NCBI GenBank assembly: GCA_043732705.1
Contig: JAYTHE010000043.1
Location: 9,067-73,066, forward strand
DNA length: 64,000 bases
Source: Candidatus Omnitrophota bacterium
Lineage (GTDB): Bacteria; Omnitrophota; Omnitrophia; Omnitrophales; Aquincolibacteriaceae
Direction of reading: 5' to 3'
Below the pieces are notes generated by a model. It did no database searches, was not told where the DNA came from, and saw only the letters and a program-made list of their open reading frames with translations. Position numbers and translations under genes: made by a program. Positions 46,921-55,336 of the stretch are shown here, one piece after another (within the stretch, counting starts at the first letter, position 1; every line of letters starts with the position of its first letter).

Positions 46921-49077
46921 ATGATTAATGCTGTATTAAGATGGAGCGGCCAAAACCCGAAGAAAGCAGCCGGGCTGACAATTCTTGTTTGCTTTGGGCT
47001 GACCTTTTTTTCCGGTATGATTTTTCTGCGTGTTGTCGATCTCCGGCCGAAGGTCGAAGGCAGTTTCTTTTTTTCCGAAAAAGACCCTCAATATCGCGCG
47101 GATCTTCTCATCTCAAAAATTTTTCCTCAGCCCCTGCAGGTTATTATTGGTGTGAAGGGCGACCTGCACGCTCCGGAATATCTCGAAAAAATCAAAGCTA
47201 TTTCAAATGAACTTGAAAGCCTTCCGGAAGTTTCCGGAGTTCAGTCTTTAACCAAAGGCCCCAAGAATCTGCAGGATGCCGAAACCAGCCCGCTCTGGAG
47301 GCGGATTCTTTTCGCGACCGACGGCCAATCTTCTTTTATTTCCATTTTTATAAAAAACGGTGAAACCCAAACAGCCGTCGAAAAAATCGAAAAAATTAAA
47401 GAAAAATTTCAGCGACAGGGAACAAAAATAATGATTGCCGGCGGGCCTTACGCAACTGAATTGATTGCCCGCAATCTTCTGCGGGATTTAGAATTATTCA
47501 GCGGCGCGGCGCTGGTTATTTTTGGCATTGTGCTGCTGATTATTTTCCGCAGTTTCACGGTTCTTCTCGGAACTTTAATCGCATGTTTGAACTCCAGCGC
47601 GCTGACATTGATCGCGGCGCATTTTATGCATATTCCGATCGGACCGTTAACCGCTAATCTCTCAACCATGGTTTTTGTTTTAACTTTATCGCCGATTGTT
47701 TTTTTAACGTTTAACTGGAAGAAAATTTTATTAAAAAAAGCAAACACGGGACTGGCCGCGGTGTGGGAAGCGGTGAAGGTCACGGCGTTCCCGTCTTTTT
47801 GGAGTATGTCGACAACCTTCATCGGTTTTGGCAGCCTGCTATTTGTTAAGGCCGAGCCGATGCGGCAGTTGGGGTTATCTGGCGCGGTCGGGGCGATTAT
47901 TGCTTTTCTCTCGGCCTATATTTTTTATCCCTGGTTTTTGCCGCTAGCTGAAAAAACCGCAGGCGTGACCCATTCAAAAGGGGACTTGGATTTAAAATTT
48001 AAAGCTTTTTTCAGCCACAAACACGGACGGCTTGCCGCCGGCATGATCCTGCTGACATTGCTTGCTTCGATTGGAATGCGGCATATCAATACCGATCCTG
48101 ATTTGGTTTCCTACTTTAAAAAGGGCAGCGAGCTTCGCAGTGGTTTGGAATATGTCGATACGCATGGCGGTAGCAGTCCTATCAAAATGGTTGTGTCCGA
48201 CTGCGGCAAAGAACCGTTTAATACCGAAAAAGCCTACCAAAGACTTCAAGCGCTGAACGAGGCCCTTGAAAAAGCGCCAGCGGTTGGGAATGTCGTTTCT
48301 CTGCCCGTGGTTCTGGCCGAAGGCCGGCGTTCGCCGATGAGTTTTTTGATTTCCACAAAATGGCTGCTGAAAATTATGGAAAGCCCCAAGTTCGGGCAAA
48401 TTGCGAAATATTTTGTTTCGGAAGACCGAAGCCAGGCCTTTTTTGTTTTGATGATGCAGGAAAGCGGGCGTCTGATGCCGCGCGAAAAAATCATTGAGAG
48501 CGTGCGCGAAATTTTAAGCAATCAAGGATTTAACGCCGACATCATCGGGGGAGCTTATGTTCTGCAGTCCAAACTTTCCGAGCTGGTCGGCTCCAGCCTG
48601 ATAGAAGGGATTATCCTGCTGCTGATTTTATTTGTAGCGATGGTTTGGATGCTTTCAAAATCAATTCAGGTCGCGGCCGCGCTGCTGGTCAGTTTGGTTG
48701 TTATTCCCGTAAGTATTTTAGGGCTGGTCGGCTTTTTAAAAATTCCGATTGATGTGATTTCCGCCCCGGCGGTGAATTTGGCAATCGGCATCGGCGTGGA
48801 CGCCATGATTTATATGTCGGTTTTCGCGCGCCGCTCCAACGCGGGGAAAATTAATTCATGGAAAGTATGGGCGCAGGTTTGCGGCGAGCTTTGGCGGCCG
48901 ATCGGCACCTCGCTGCTGGTGGTTTGCTCGGGCTTCGGAATTTTTATGCTGTCGCAATTTCCGCCTACCCAGAGATTTGGTTTTTTCGTGATCTGCGGAT
49001 CTTTGGCCGCAGCGTCGTCGGCGATATTGATTTTCCCCTGGCTTGCCAGCCTTTCCCGGACCAAAGCGGAAGCTTGA
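46921..49077 (+). CDS. MMPL/RND-superfamily membrane exporter
   Basis: There are 12 TM segments in two bundles with periplasmic loops. The start is ATG 46921; the ORF-track 46795 start overlaps the previous gene. Confidence 0.7.
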   Translation: MINAVLRWSGQNPKKAAGLTILVCFGLTFFSGMIFLRVVDLRPKVEGSFFFSEKDPQYRADLLISKIFPQPLQVIIGVKGDLHAPEYLEKIKAISNELESLPEVSGVQSLTKGPKNLQDAETSPLWRRILFATDGQSSFISIFIKNGETQTAVEKIEKIKEKFQRQGTKIMIAGGPYATELIARNLLRDLELFSGAALVIFGIVLLIIFRSFTVLLGTLIACLNSSALTLIAAHFMHIPIGPLTANLSTMVFVLTLSPIVFLTFNWKKILLKKANTGLAAVWEAVKVTAFPSFWSMSTTFIGFGSLLFVKAEPMRQLGLSGAVGAIIAFLSAYIFYPWFLPLAEKTAGVTHSKGDLDLKFKAFFSHKHGRLAAGMILLTLLASIGMRHINTDPDLVSYFKKGSELRSGLEYVDTHGGSSPIKMVVSDCGKEPFNTEKAYQRLQALNEALEKAPAVGNVVSLPVVLAEGRRSPMSFLISTKWLLKIMESPKFGQIAKYFVSEDRSQAFFVLMMQESGRLMPREKIIESVREILSNQGFNADIIGGAYVLQSKLSELVGSSLIEGIILLLILFVAMVWMLSKSIQVAAALLVSLVVIPVSILGLVGFLKIPIDVISAPAVNLAIGIGVDAMIYMSVFARRSNAGKINSWKVWAQVCGELWRPIGTSLLVVCSGFGIFMLSQFPPTQRFGFFVICGSLAAASSAILIFPWLASLSRTKAEA

Positions 49078-49161
49078 TTTCTCCTCCTATATAGGGTAGT
49101 TTCACGCGCTCAAATTTAAGAAAAAGGATACGGTTGCGCCTTTGGCGCAGAGTCAAAACAA

Positions 49162-50757
49162 ATGGAAAACGAAATCTCAAAACGGCGTACGCTCGCGATT
49201 ATCGCGCATCCTGATGCGGGTAAAACTACGCTCACCGAAAAGTTTTTGCTTTACGGTGGTGCGGTGCAGCTCGCAGGCTCTGTTACGGCGCGCAAGCAGC
49301 AGCGCGATACAGCCTCCGACTGGATGGAGCTTGAAAAGCAGCGCGGCATTTCAATCAGCTCGACTTTGCTGCAATTTGATTATGGCCCGTGGCGCATTAA
49401 CCTGCTCGATACCCCGGGGCATAAAGATTTCTCCGAAGACACTTACCGGGTTTTGATGGCGGTTGACGCGGTTATCATGGTGATGGACGGGAGCAAAGGC
49501 ATTGAAAGCCAAACGCGTAAACTTTTTGAAATCTGCCATCGCCGCAAAATTCCGATTTTTACTTTCGTCAACAAAATGGACCGCCCGAGTTTGTCACCGC
49601 TTGAGCTCATTGACCAGCTTGAAACCGTTTTAAAAATCAATGCCTATCCGATTAATTGGCCGCTTGGAAACGGTAAAGATTTTAAAGGTATTTATGACCG
49701 CGTGAACAAAGAAGCGCATTTGTTTGAACGTGTGCCGGGCGGATCTTATCGCGCGCCGGTTTCAGTCGGCGGATTTTCCGACCCCTTCGTCAAAAGCAAA
49801 ATGGATGAACAAAGCTACGCGAATGCGGCCGAAGAGTTGGAGATTTTAGAGCAGGCGCATGTTGATTTTGATACCGACGCGGTCATTAGCGGGGAAACCA
49901 CGCCGGTTTTCTTCGGCAGCGCGGCCAATAACTTTGGCGTGGAGCTTTTGTTAAAAGGTTTTCTTAAATACTCTCCGGGGCCGACTGCCCGCAAAAGTGG
50001 TGGCGTGATTGTTCCGGTGGATGATAAAAAGTTTTCGGGCTTTGTTTTTAAAATGCAAACCAATATGGATCCGATGCATCGCGATCGCATTGCTTTCATC
50101 CGTGTTTGCGGAGGAAAATTTACACGTGATCTGCAGGTGATTAATGTGCGGACAGGCGATAAAGTGCGGCTCGGTAGCACGCATAAACTTTTTGGGCAAA
50201 ACCGTGAAGTGGTGGAAGACGCATATGCCGGCGATATTTTGGGCGTGGTTGTGAAAACCGATTTTCGTGTTGGTGATACGGTGACGGAAGATACAAGCAT
50301 TGTTTATCGCGAAATTCCGAAATTCGCGCCGGAATGTTTCGGATATTTGACAAATCCCGAGCCGGGAAAATATAAGGCTTATCGCAAAGGCATTGAACAA
50401 TTGCTCGCGGAAGATATCGTGCAGGTTTTTGAACAAAAAGAACCCTGGAAAAGCGATGCGCTGCTCGGGGCGGTGGGGCCGTTACAATTTGAAGTTTTGC
50501 AGTTTCGTTTGGAAAGTGAATATGGCGCGAAGTCCACGCTCACACGCGCGCCCTGGCAATTTTTGCGCTGGCTGGATACGCAGCTTGACGATCAGGCTTT
50601 GAAGCTTAAAATTCCGGCGGGCGGAGCCATGGCGCTAGATGAGCAGGGCCGGCGCGTGATTATTTTTTCGAATGAATGGTCATTGAATTATTACCGCGAA
50701 AAAAATACAGACATTGCTCTGTACGATTCGCCGGATTTGATTCCAATCAATCATTAA
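49162..50757 (+). CDS. prfC: peptide chain release factor 3
   Basis: The motifs RRTLAIIAHPDAGKTTLTE and DTPGHKDF (GTPase) and NKMDR are present. Confidence 0.9.
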   Translation: MENEISKRRTLAIIAHPDAGKTTLTEKFLLYGGAVQLAGSVTARKQQRDTASDWMELEKQRGISISSTLLQFDYGPWRINLLDTPGHKDFSEDTYRVLMAVDAVIMVMDGSKGIESQTRKLFEICHRRKIPIFTFVNKMDRPSLSPLELIDQLETVLKINAYPINWPLGNGKDFKGIYDRVNKEAHLFERVPGGSYRAPVSVGGFSDPFVKSKMDEQSYANAAEELEILEQAHVDFDTDAVISGETTPVFFGSAANNFGVELLLKGFLKYSPGPTARKSGGVIVPVDDKKFSGFVFKMQTNMDPMHRDRIAFIRVCGGKFTRDLQVINVRTGDKVRLGSTHKLFGQNREVVEDAYAGDILGVVVKTDFRVGDTVTEDTSIVYREIPKFAPECFGYLTNPEPGKYKAYRKGIEQLLAEDIVQVFEQKEPWKSDALLGAVGPLQFEVLQFRLESEYGAKSTLTRAPWQFLRWLDTQLDDQALKLKIPAGGAMALDEQGRRVIIFSNEWSLNYYREKNTDIALYDSPDLIPINH

Positions 50758-50760
50758 TAC

Positions 50761-51085
50761 TGCTCAAACAGTCAGTCTCATCCTATTTGTTTTGAGATGA
50801 GACACAGCGCTGAGTATTTTTTAATGGCTAAGCCATTTACTTAAACGAAGCGCTAGTCGGCTTCGCCTGCGGAACTCGTAAATTCAATCTTTTTAACCTG
50901 AGCTTTTTCGCGGTATGGTTGGGTGGCAATTAGCAGAGAAACAAGCTGCTCTGCAAATTCTATCGAAACGCATACATGCTTTTTCCTAAATAAATTCCTC
51001 AAGGTGTGCAGGCATAGTTTCCTCTCATATCCCTTCCTCTGGCTCGGAACGAGCTAGAGGAAGTAAGCAAGAATTTAATTTTGGC
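50761..51085 (+). repeat. family-1 modular intergenic element, copy D (with a 5' terminator module)
   Basis: The terminator module is GTCTCATCC..GAGATGAGAC plus a T-run. H2 is ggcttcgcctgcggaactcg. Block B is ggttgggtggcaattagcagagaaacaag. Block C is atagtttcctctcatatcc plus hairpin CCTCTGGCTCGgaacCGAGCTAGAGG. Confidence 0.6.
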
Positions 51086-51139
51086 AAACGCTAGCAGTTT
51101 TATCTTGCGCGCGAAACAGCGGGCTTTATTTTAAGTGGT

Positions 51140-51340
51140 TTAAAAGAAGAGGGCGGCGGTGAGGACGGTTCCGACCGCGTAGTTTGCGATTGTATTCGGA
51201 ATGAAATAGGAATAGACCATTAATAAAACGCCAAGCATCATGGCTTTGACATTGACCTGCTTTTTGCCATAGATAAACGCGCTGAAACCGATGGTGCCGA
51301 ATAGAATTCCCGCGAATATATTAGCAAAAGACATATTCAT
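51140..51340 (-). CDS. small membrane protein (2 TM)
   Basis: It is 66 aa and hydrophobic (FAGILFGTIGFSAFIYG..LGVLLMVYSYFIP). Confidence 0.4.
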   Translation of the reverse strand: MNMSFANIFAGILFGTIGFSAFIYGKKQVNVKAMMLGVLLMVYSYFIPNTIANYAVGTVLTAALFF

Positions 51341-51441
51341 AAAAGCTCCTTGTGCCTCTTAAAACATAGCTTATTTATCGGCATAAAGCGAATCGGGTAA
51401 ACCGCCGATAATTTCTCAAACAGCATTCAATGGGGGCATTT

Positions 51442-51798
51442 ATGAAAAGATCCGGTTTTAGAAATTCAATGGCTTGTTTCGTTTTTATTCTTTTTCTTAT
51501 TCCGAAAATTAGTTTTGCTTTGCCGATGAGCGACTTTCCCGCGAGCCCCTGGACAAAAAAGGACGGCTATGTCGCGAAAACCGTGAGCAAGCTGGGGTTT
51601 GGCCTGATGAATGTCGCCGGCGGCTGGACTGCGGTGGTCAGCGAATTTTATGAACCGCCGCAGGATAATATTGCTGCCTTAGGCCTGCGCGCGATTGCGC
51701 GTGTTGTGACGAACACGGTCGGCGGCGCTTTGCATGTTGTGACTTTTCCGGTTCCGGTTGATATTCGTCTGCCCGGCGGAGGAACTACCTTCGAATAA
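51442..51798 (+). CDS. small secreted protein, GRGF-motif family paralog
   Basis: There is a signal peptide. The family motif is KTVSKLGFGLMNVAGGWTAVVSEFYEPP...HVVTFPVPVD. Confidence 0.5.
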   Translation: MKRSGFRNSMACFVFILFLIPKISFALPMSDFPASPWTKKDGYVAKTVSKLGFGLMNVAGGWTAVVSEFYEPPQDNIAALGLRAIARVVTNTVGGALHVVTFPVPVDIRLPGGGTTFE

Positions 51799-51854
51799 AA
51801 ACGGCTGACGAAACAACGCAAGCGGCTTCAAGCAAAACTTAGTTAGATTGTCTT

Positions 51855-52095
51855 CAAAAACATATCCCGAATTACTCAGGCAGCCGATGCTGCGCTCGGA
51901 ACTCGTAATTCGGGATATTTTTTTGAAAGCTTATTCGCAATGGTGGGCAAGAAACAATTAGCAGAGAAACAAGGCTTCGTAATCTAAGTTAGCGGAGACG
52001 CAATCTCAATTTTCTCCCCTTCTGCCTCGAACATCAAAGTAGTTTCCTGTTGTATCTTTTTTTTGCTCTGCTGAGCCGAGCAAAAAAACGCATGA
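51855..52095 (+). repeat. family-1 modular intergenic element, copy E
   Basis: The outer stem aaaaacatatcccgaattac/gtaattcgggatattttt encloses H2 (gatgctgcgctcggaactc). Block B is aatggtgggcaagaaacaattagcagagaaacaagg. Block C is agtagtttcctgttgtatctt plus hairpin TTTTTGCTCtgctgagccGAGCAAAAA. Confidence 0.6.
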
Positions 52096-52142
52096 CGGGA
52101 AGCTTTATTTTAAATGCCGATCCATGAAATATTTTTTGAAGA

Positions 52143-52946
52143 TTATTTAAGCGGTGCGGCACTGATATGGGTGTAAGGCGCCAATTCTTTGAGCATGGCT
52201 TCGTGAATCAAACCATTTGAGGCAAGGTTTTGCCGGCCTTTCAATGTCATGGGGCCCCCTGAATAATCCGAAACTTTTCCGCCTGCTTCCGTAACCAGCA
52301 GCATGCCCGCGGCTTTATCCCAGGCTTCGATGTTCGCTTCCCAATATCCGTCAAATCTTCCGCAGGCGACATAACACATGTCGAGAGCGGCGGCGCCTAC
52401 ACGCCGGATATCATGTGTTTTAAGTAAGAAGGTTTTGATGATGGCGAGATAAAGATCAATTTTTTCTTTGCGGTCATAAGGGAAGCCGGTGGCGAGCAAA
52501 GAATGCGAAAGTGTTTTAACTTTCGAAACATAAATGCGTTCACCGTTTAAATAAGCGCCCTGGCCTTTTTCGGCAAAGAACATTTCAGCGCGGAAAGGGT
52601 CGTAAACCGCGCCCATGACCATTTGGCCTTCTTCTTCATAGCCGATGGAAACGCAGGAGGCGGGAAAGGTATGCGCGAAGTTGGTCGTGCCGTCAATCGG
52701 ATCGATAACCCAGCGGTGATGTGAGCCTTCCTTGGCATCAGACTCTTCAGAAAGGATCGAATGGTCGGGAAAAGCGCCCAAAATCTTGCCGATCACGATT
52801 TTTTCGCAAGCCAGGTCTGTTTCGGTGACAATGCTGATCTCGGATTTTTCTGAAAATCCGCCGCGTCCCGCGATTTTAGACTTCATCAGCGCGCCGGCTT
52901 CAAGCGCTGCGTCCATCAGCACGCTTTTAATTTTGTCTCTGTTCAT
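52143..52946 (-). CDS. suhB: inositol monophosphatase family protein
   Basis: The IMPase motifs WVIDPIDGTTNF and DPxDGT are present, with an LVTEAGG-like C-terminus. Confidence 0.85.
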   Translation of the reverse strand: MNRDKIKSVLMDAALEAGALMKSKIAGRGGFSEKSEISIVTETDLACEKIVIGKILGAFPDHSILSEESDAKEGSHHRWVIDPIDGTTNFAHTFPASCVSIGYEEEGQMVMGAVYDPFRAEMFFAEKGQGAYLNGERIYVSKVKTLSHSLLATGFPYDRKEKIDLYLAIIKTFLLKTHDIRRVGAAALDMCYVACGRFDGYWEANIEAWDKAAGMLLVTEAGGKVSDYSGGPMTLKGRQNLASNGLIHEAMLKELAPYTHISAAPLK

Positions 52947-53021
52947 GTAGAATTCGATCTCCTTTGAGCCCTAAAGGCCGCCATTGTAAGGGCTTATTGA
53001 GCTTGAAGCAACAATGAGGAA

Positions 53022-53140
53022 TAAGCTTAAAAGTCAAAGCTCAAAAGTAAAAACCATAGCTTAAAGCCCAAAACTGTCCGGGCAGTTTGAAGTTTTGGAC
53101 TATAGTTTTTGCCTTTTACTTTTAACCTTTAACTTTGTAC
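53022..53140. repeat. family-2 AT-rich palindromic element, copy d
   Basis: The sequence aagcttaaaagtcaaagctcaaaagtaaaaaccatagcttaaagcccaaaactgtccgggcagtttgaagttttggactatagtttttgccttttacttttaacctttaac forms a long imperfect palindrome around tccggg. Confidence 0.55.
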
Positions 53141-53174
53141 TAAATCATTTTTTAATAAGCACGGGAGATTTTTC

Positions 53175-54260
53175 ATGTCATACAAAATTACATTAATTCC
53201 GGGCGACGGAGTTGGGCCGGAAATCGCGGACGCGGCTAAAATCGCGATTGAGTCCACTGGCGTTAAAATCGAATGGGACATTCAAACCGCCGGCATTGAT
53301 ATTATGGAAAAAGAAGGCACGCCGCTTCCGCAGCGCGTGATTGATTCTATCCGCAAAAATAAAATCGCGCTGAAGTCGCCGATCACGACTCCGGTCGGAA
53401 AAGGTTTTCGTTCCGTGAATGTCGCGCTGCGCAAAGAACTTGATCTTTACGCGTGTGTGCGCCCGTGCAAAAGCTACGAGGGCGTGCGTTCGCGCTACCG
53501 CAATATTGATCTCGTGATTGTGCGCGAAAATACGGAAGATCTTTACGCGGGCATTGAATTTCAAAAGGGAACCGACGAAGCGAAGCAGATTTTAGATTTG
53601 TCTTCGAAACTTTCCGGCAAAGCGATCCGCCCTGACTCCGGCGTAAGTATTAAGCCGATTTCGGTTTTCGGTTCCGAACGCATTGTGAAATATGCTTTTG
53701 AATACGCGCGCAAATACGGCCGCAAAAAAGTCACAGCCGTTCACAAAGCTAACATTATGAAATTTTCCGACGGACTTTTTCTTGAAGTCGCGCGTGAAGT
53801 CGCAAAAAAATATAACGATATTCAATTTGAAGACCGCATTGTTGACAATATGTGTATGCAGCTCGTTCAAAAGCCGGAAGATTACGACGTGCTTGTGTTG
53901 CCGAATTTGTACGGTGATATCGTTTCTGATTTATGCGCGGGGTTAATCGGCGGGTTGGGCGTAGCTCCCGGAGCCAACATAGGTGAAGGCGGAATGCTTT
54001 TTGAAGCGACGCACGGTTCCGCGCCGAAGTACAAAGGCCAGAACAAAGTTAATCCGACCGCGGTTATTCTTTCCGGAATGTTAATGCTGCGTTATATCGG
54101 CGAAACTGCCGCGGCCGACAAGCTTGAAAAAGCCGTTGCCGCGATTATCAAAGAAGGCAAAGATGTTACTTATGATATGAAGCCGGAACGCAATGATCCG
54201 AGCGCGGTTGGTACCAAGCAAATGGCCGAAGCAATTGCAAGAAAAGTCAAAAGCTTTTGA
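53175..54260 (+). CDS. icd: isocitrate dehydrogenase (isocitrate/isopropylmalate dehydrogenase family; NAD-type by size and context)
   Basis: The N-terminus [13 protein letters not shown] is typical. It is 361 aa and sits in a TCA-cycle gene cluster. Confidence 0.7.
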   Translation: MSYKITLIPGDGVGPEIADAAKIAIESTGVKIEWDIQTAGIDIMEKEGTPLPQRVIDSIRKNKIALKSPITTPVGKGFRSVNVALRKELDLYACVRPCKSYEGVRSRYRNIDLVIVRENTEDLYAGIEFQKGTDEAKQILDLSSKLSGKAIRPDSGVSIKPISVFGSERIVKYAFEYARKYGRKKVTAVHKANIMKFSDGLFLEVAREVAKKYNDIQFEDRIVDNMCMQLVQKPEDYDVLVLPNLYGDIVSDLCAGLIGGLGVAPGANIGEGGMLFEATHGSAPKYKGQNKVNPTAVILSGMLMLRYIGETAAADKLEKAVAAIIKEGKDVTYDMKPERNDPSAVGTKQMAEAIARKVKSF

Positions 54261-54341
54261 TTTTTCTAGGCCGAAGTAGTTTTTAAGTCTCGAGCCTCGG
54301 GGCTTCGGCCTCCGGGCTTAAATTTCTGAAAGGAATTTATT

Positions 54342-55271
54342 ATGAGTTATCCGAAAGTAACGGTTGTGGGCGCGGGTTTCGTAGGGGCCACAACAGCGCA
54401 GCGCATTTTAGAAAAAGAAATTGCCGACGTGGTTTTGATTGACGTTGTTGACGGCCTGCCGCAGGGCAAAGCGCTTGATATGATGGAATCCGCGCCGACC
54501 GAAAAATTTAAAACTAAAATCACGGGTACAAATAATTACGCTGATACCGCGAACTCTGATGTTGTTGTGATTACCGCCGGTCTCGCGCGCAAACCCGGAA
54601 TGACACGTGATGATTTGCTTTTCAAGAACGCTGAAATCGTTGGCGGCATTGTTGAAAACATCGTGAAGCATTCGCCGAAATGTATTTTGATTATCGTGAC
54701 GAATCCGCTCGACGTTATGGTTTACCTGGCCTGGAAAAAATCCGGCTTTGATCCGAAACGCGTGATCGGTATGGCAGGCGAGCTTGACTCTGCGCGTATG
54801 GCTTATTTTATTGCTGAAAAGACAGGCGCATCCGCGGCCGAAGTTGACGCGGTTGTGCTCGGCGGCCACGGCGACCAAATGGTTCCCGTTCCCGCGCATA
54901 CAAAAGTTAAGGGTAAGCCCGTGGCGCAAGTCCTTGATAAAGACACGATTGAAAAAATTAATCAGCGTACACGCGACGGCGGGGCCGAAATTGTTGCCCT
55001 TCTCAAAACCGGCTCAGCTTATTACGCGCCTTCCGCTTCGACGACCCGCATGGTGCGCTCGATTCTTCAGGACAAAAAAGAAACGATTGCGAGCTGTGTT
55101 TTGCTGAAAGGCGAATACGGCATCAAAGATGTTTTTGTCGGCGTTCCGGTCGTGCTCGGCAGAAACGGCGTTGAAAAAGTTGTTGAACTTTCTCTGACAC
55201 CCGAAGAACAAACGGCTTTAAACGTGTCAGCCGCGCACGTCAAAGAAAACTGCAGCAAATTGAAATTTTAA
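54342..55271 (+). CDS. mdh: malate dehydrogenase (LDH-like MDH)
   Basis: The Rossmann motif [13 protein letters not shown] is present, with IVTNPLD and a catalytic His in GGHGD. Confidence 0.9.
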   Translation: MSYPKVTVVGAGFVGATTAQRILEKEIADVVLIDVVDGLPQGKALDMMESAPTEKFKTKITGTNNYADTANSDVVVITAGLARKPGMTRDDLLFKNAEIVGGIVENIVKHSPKCILIIVTNPLDVMVYLAWKKSGFDPKRVIGMAGELDSARMAYFIAEKTGASAAEVDAVVLGGHGDQMVPVPAHTKVKGKPVAQVLDKDTIEKINQRTRDGGAEIVALLKTGSAYYAPSASTTRMVRSILQDKKETIASCVLLKGEYGIKDVFVGVPVVLGRNGVEKVVELSLTPEEQTALNVSAAHVKENCSKLKF

Positions 55272-55336
55272 TCAACCAGAAGCAACCTTGCACACATCCG
55301 ATGTGTACAAGGTTGTACACATCGGATGTGTGCAAG

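Noticed and set aside
55301-55336. ATG 55301 as the acnA start
   Set aside because: It lies inside the tandem palindrome and would add a Cys-rich non-conserved peptide ([12 protein letters not shown]). The aconitase homology starts at about GTG 55337.
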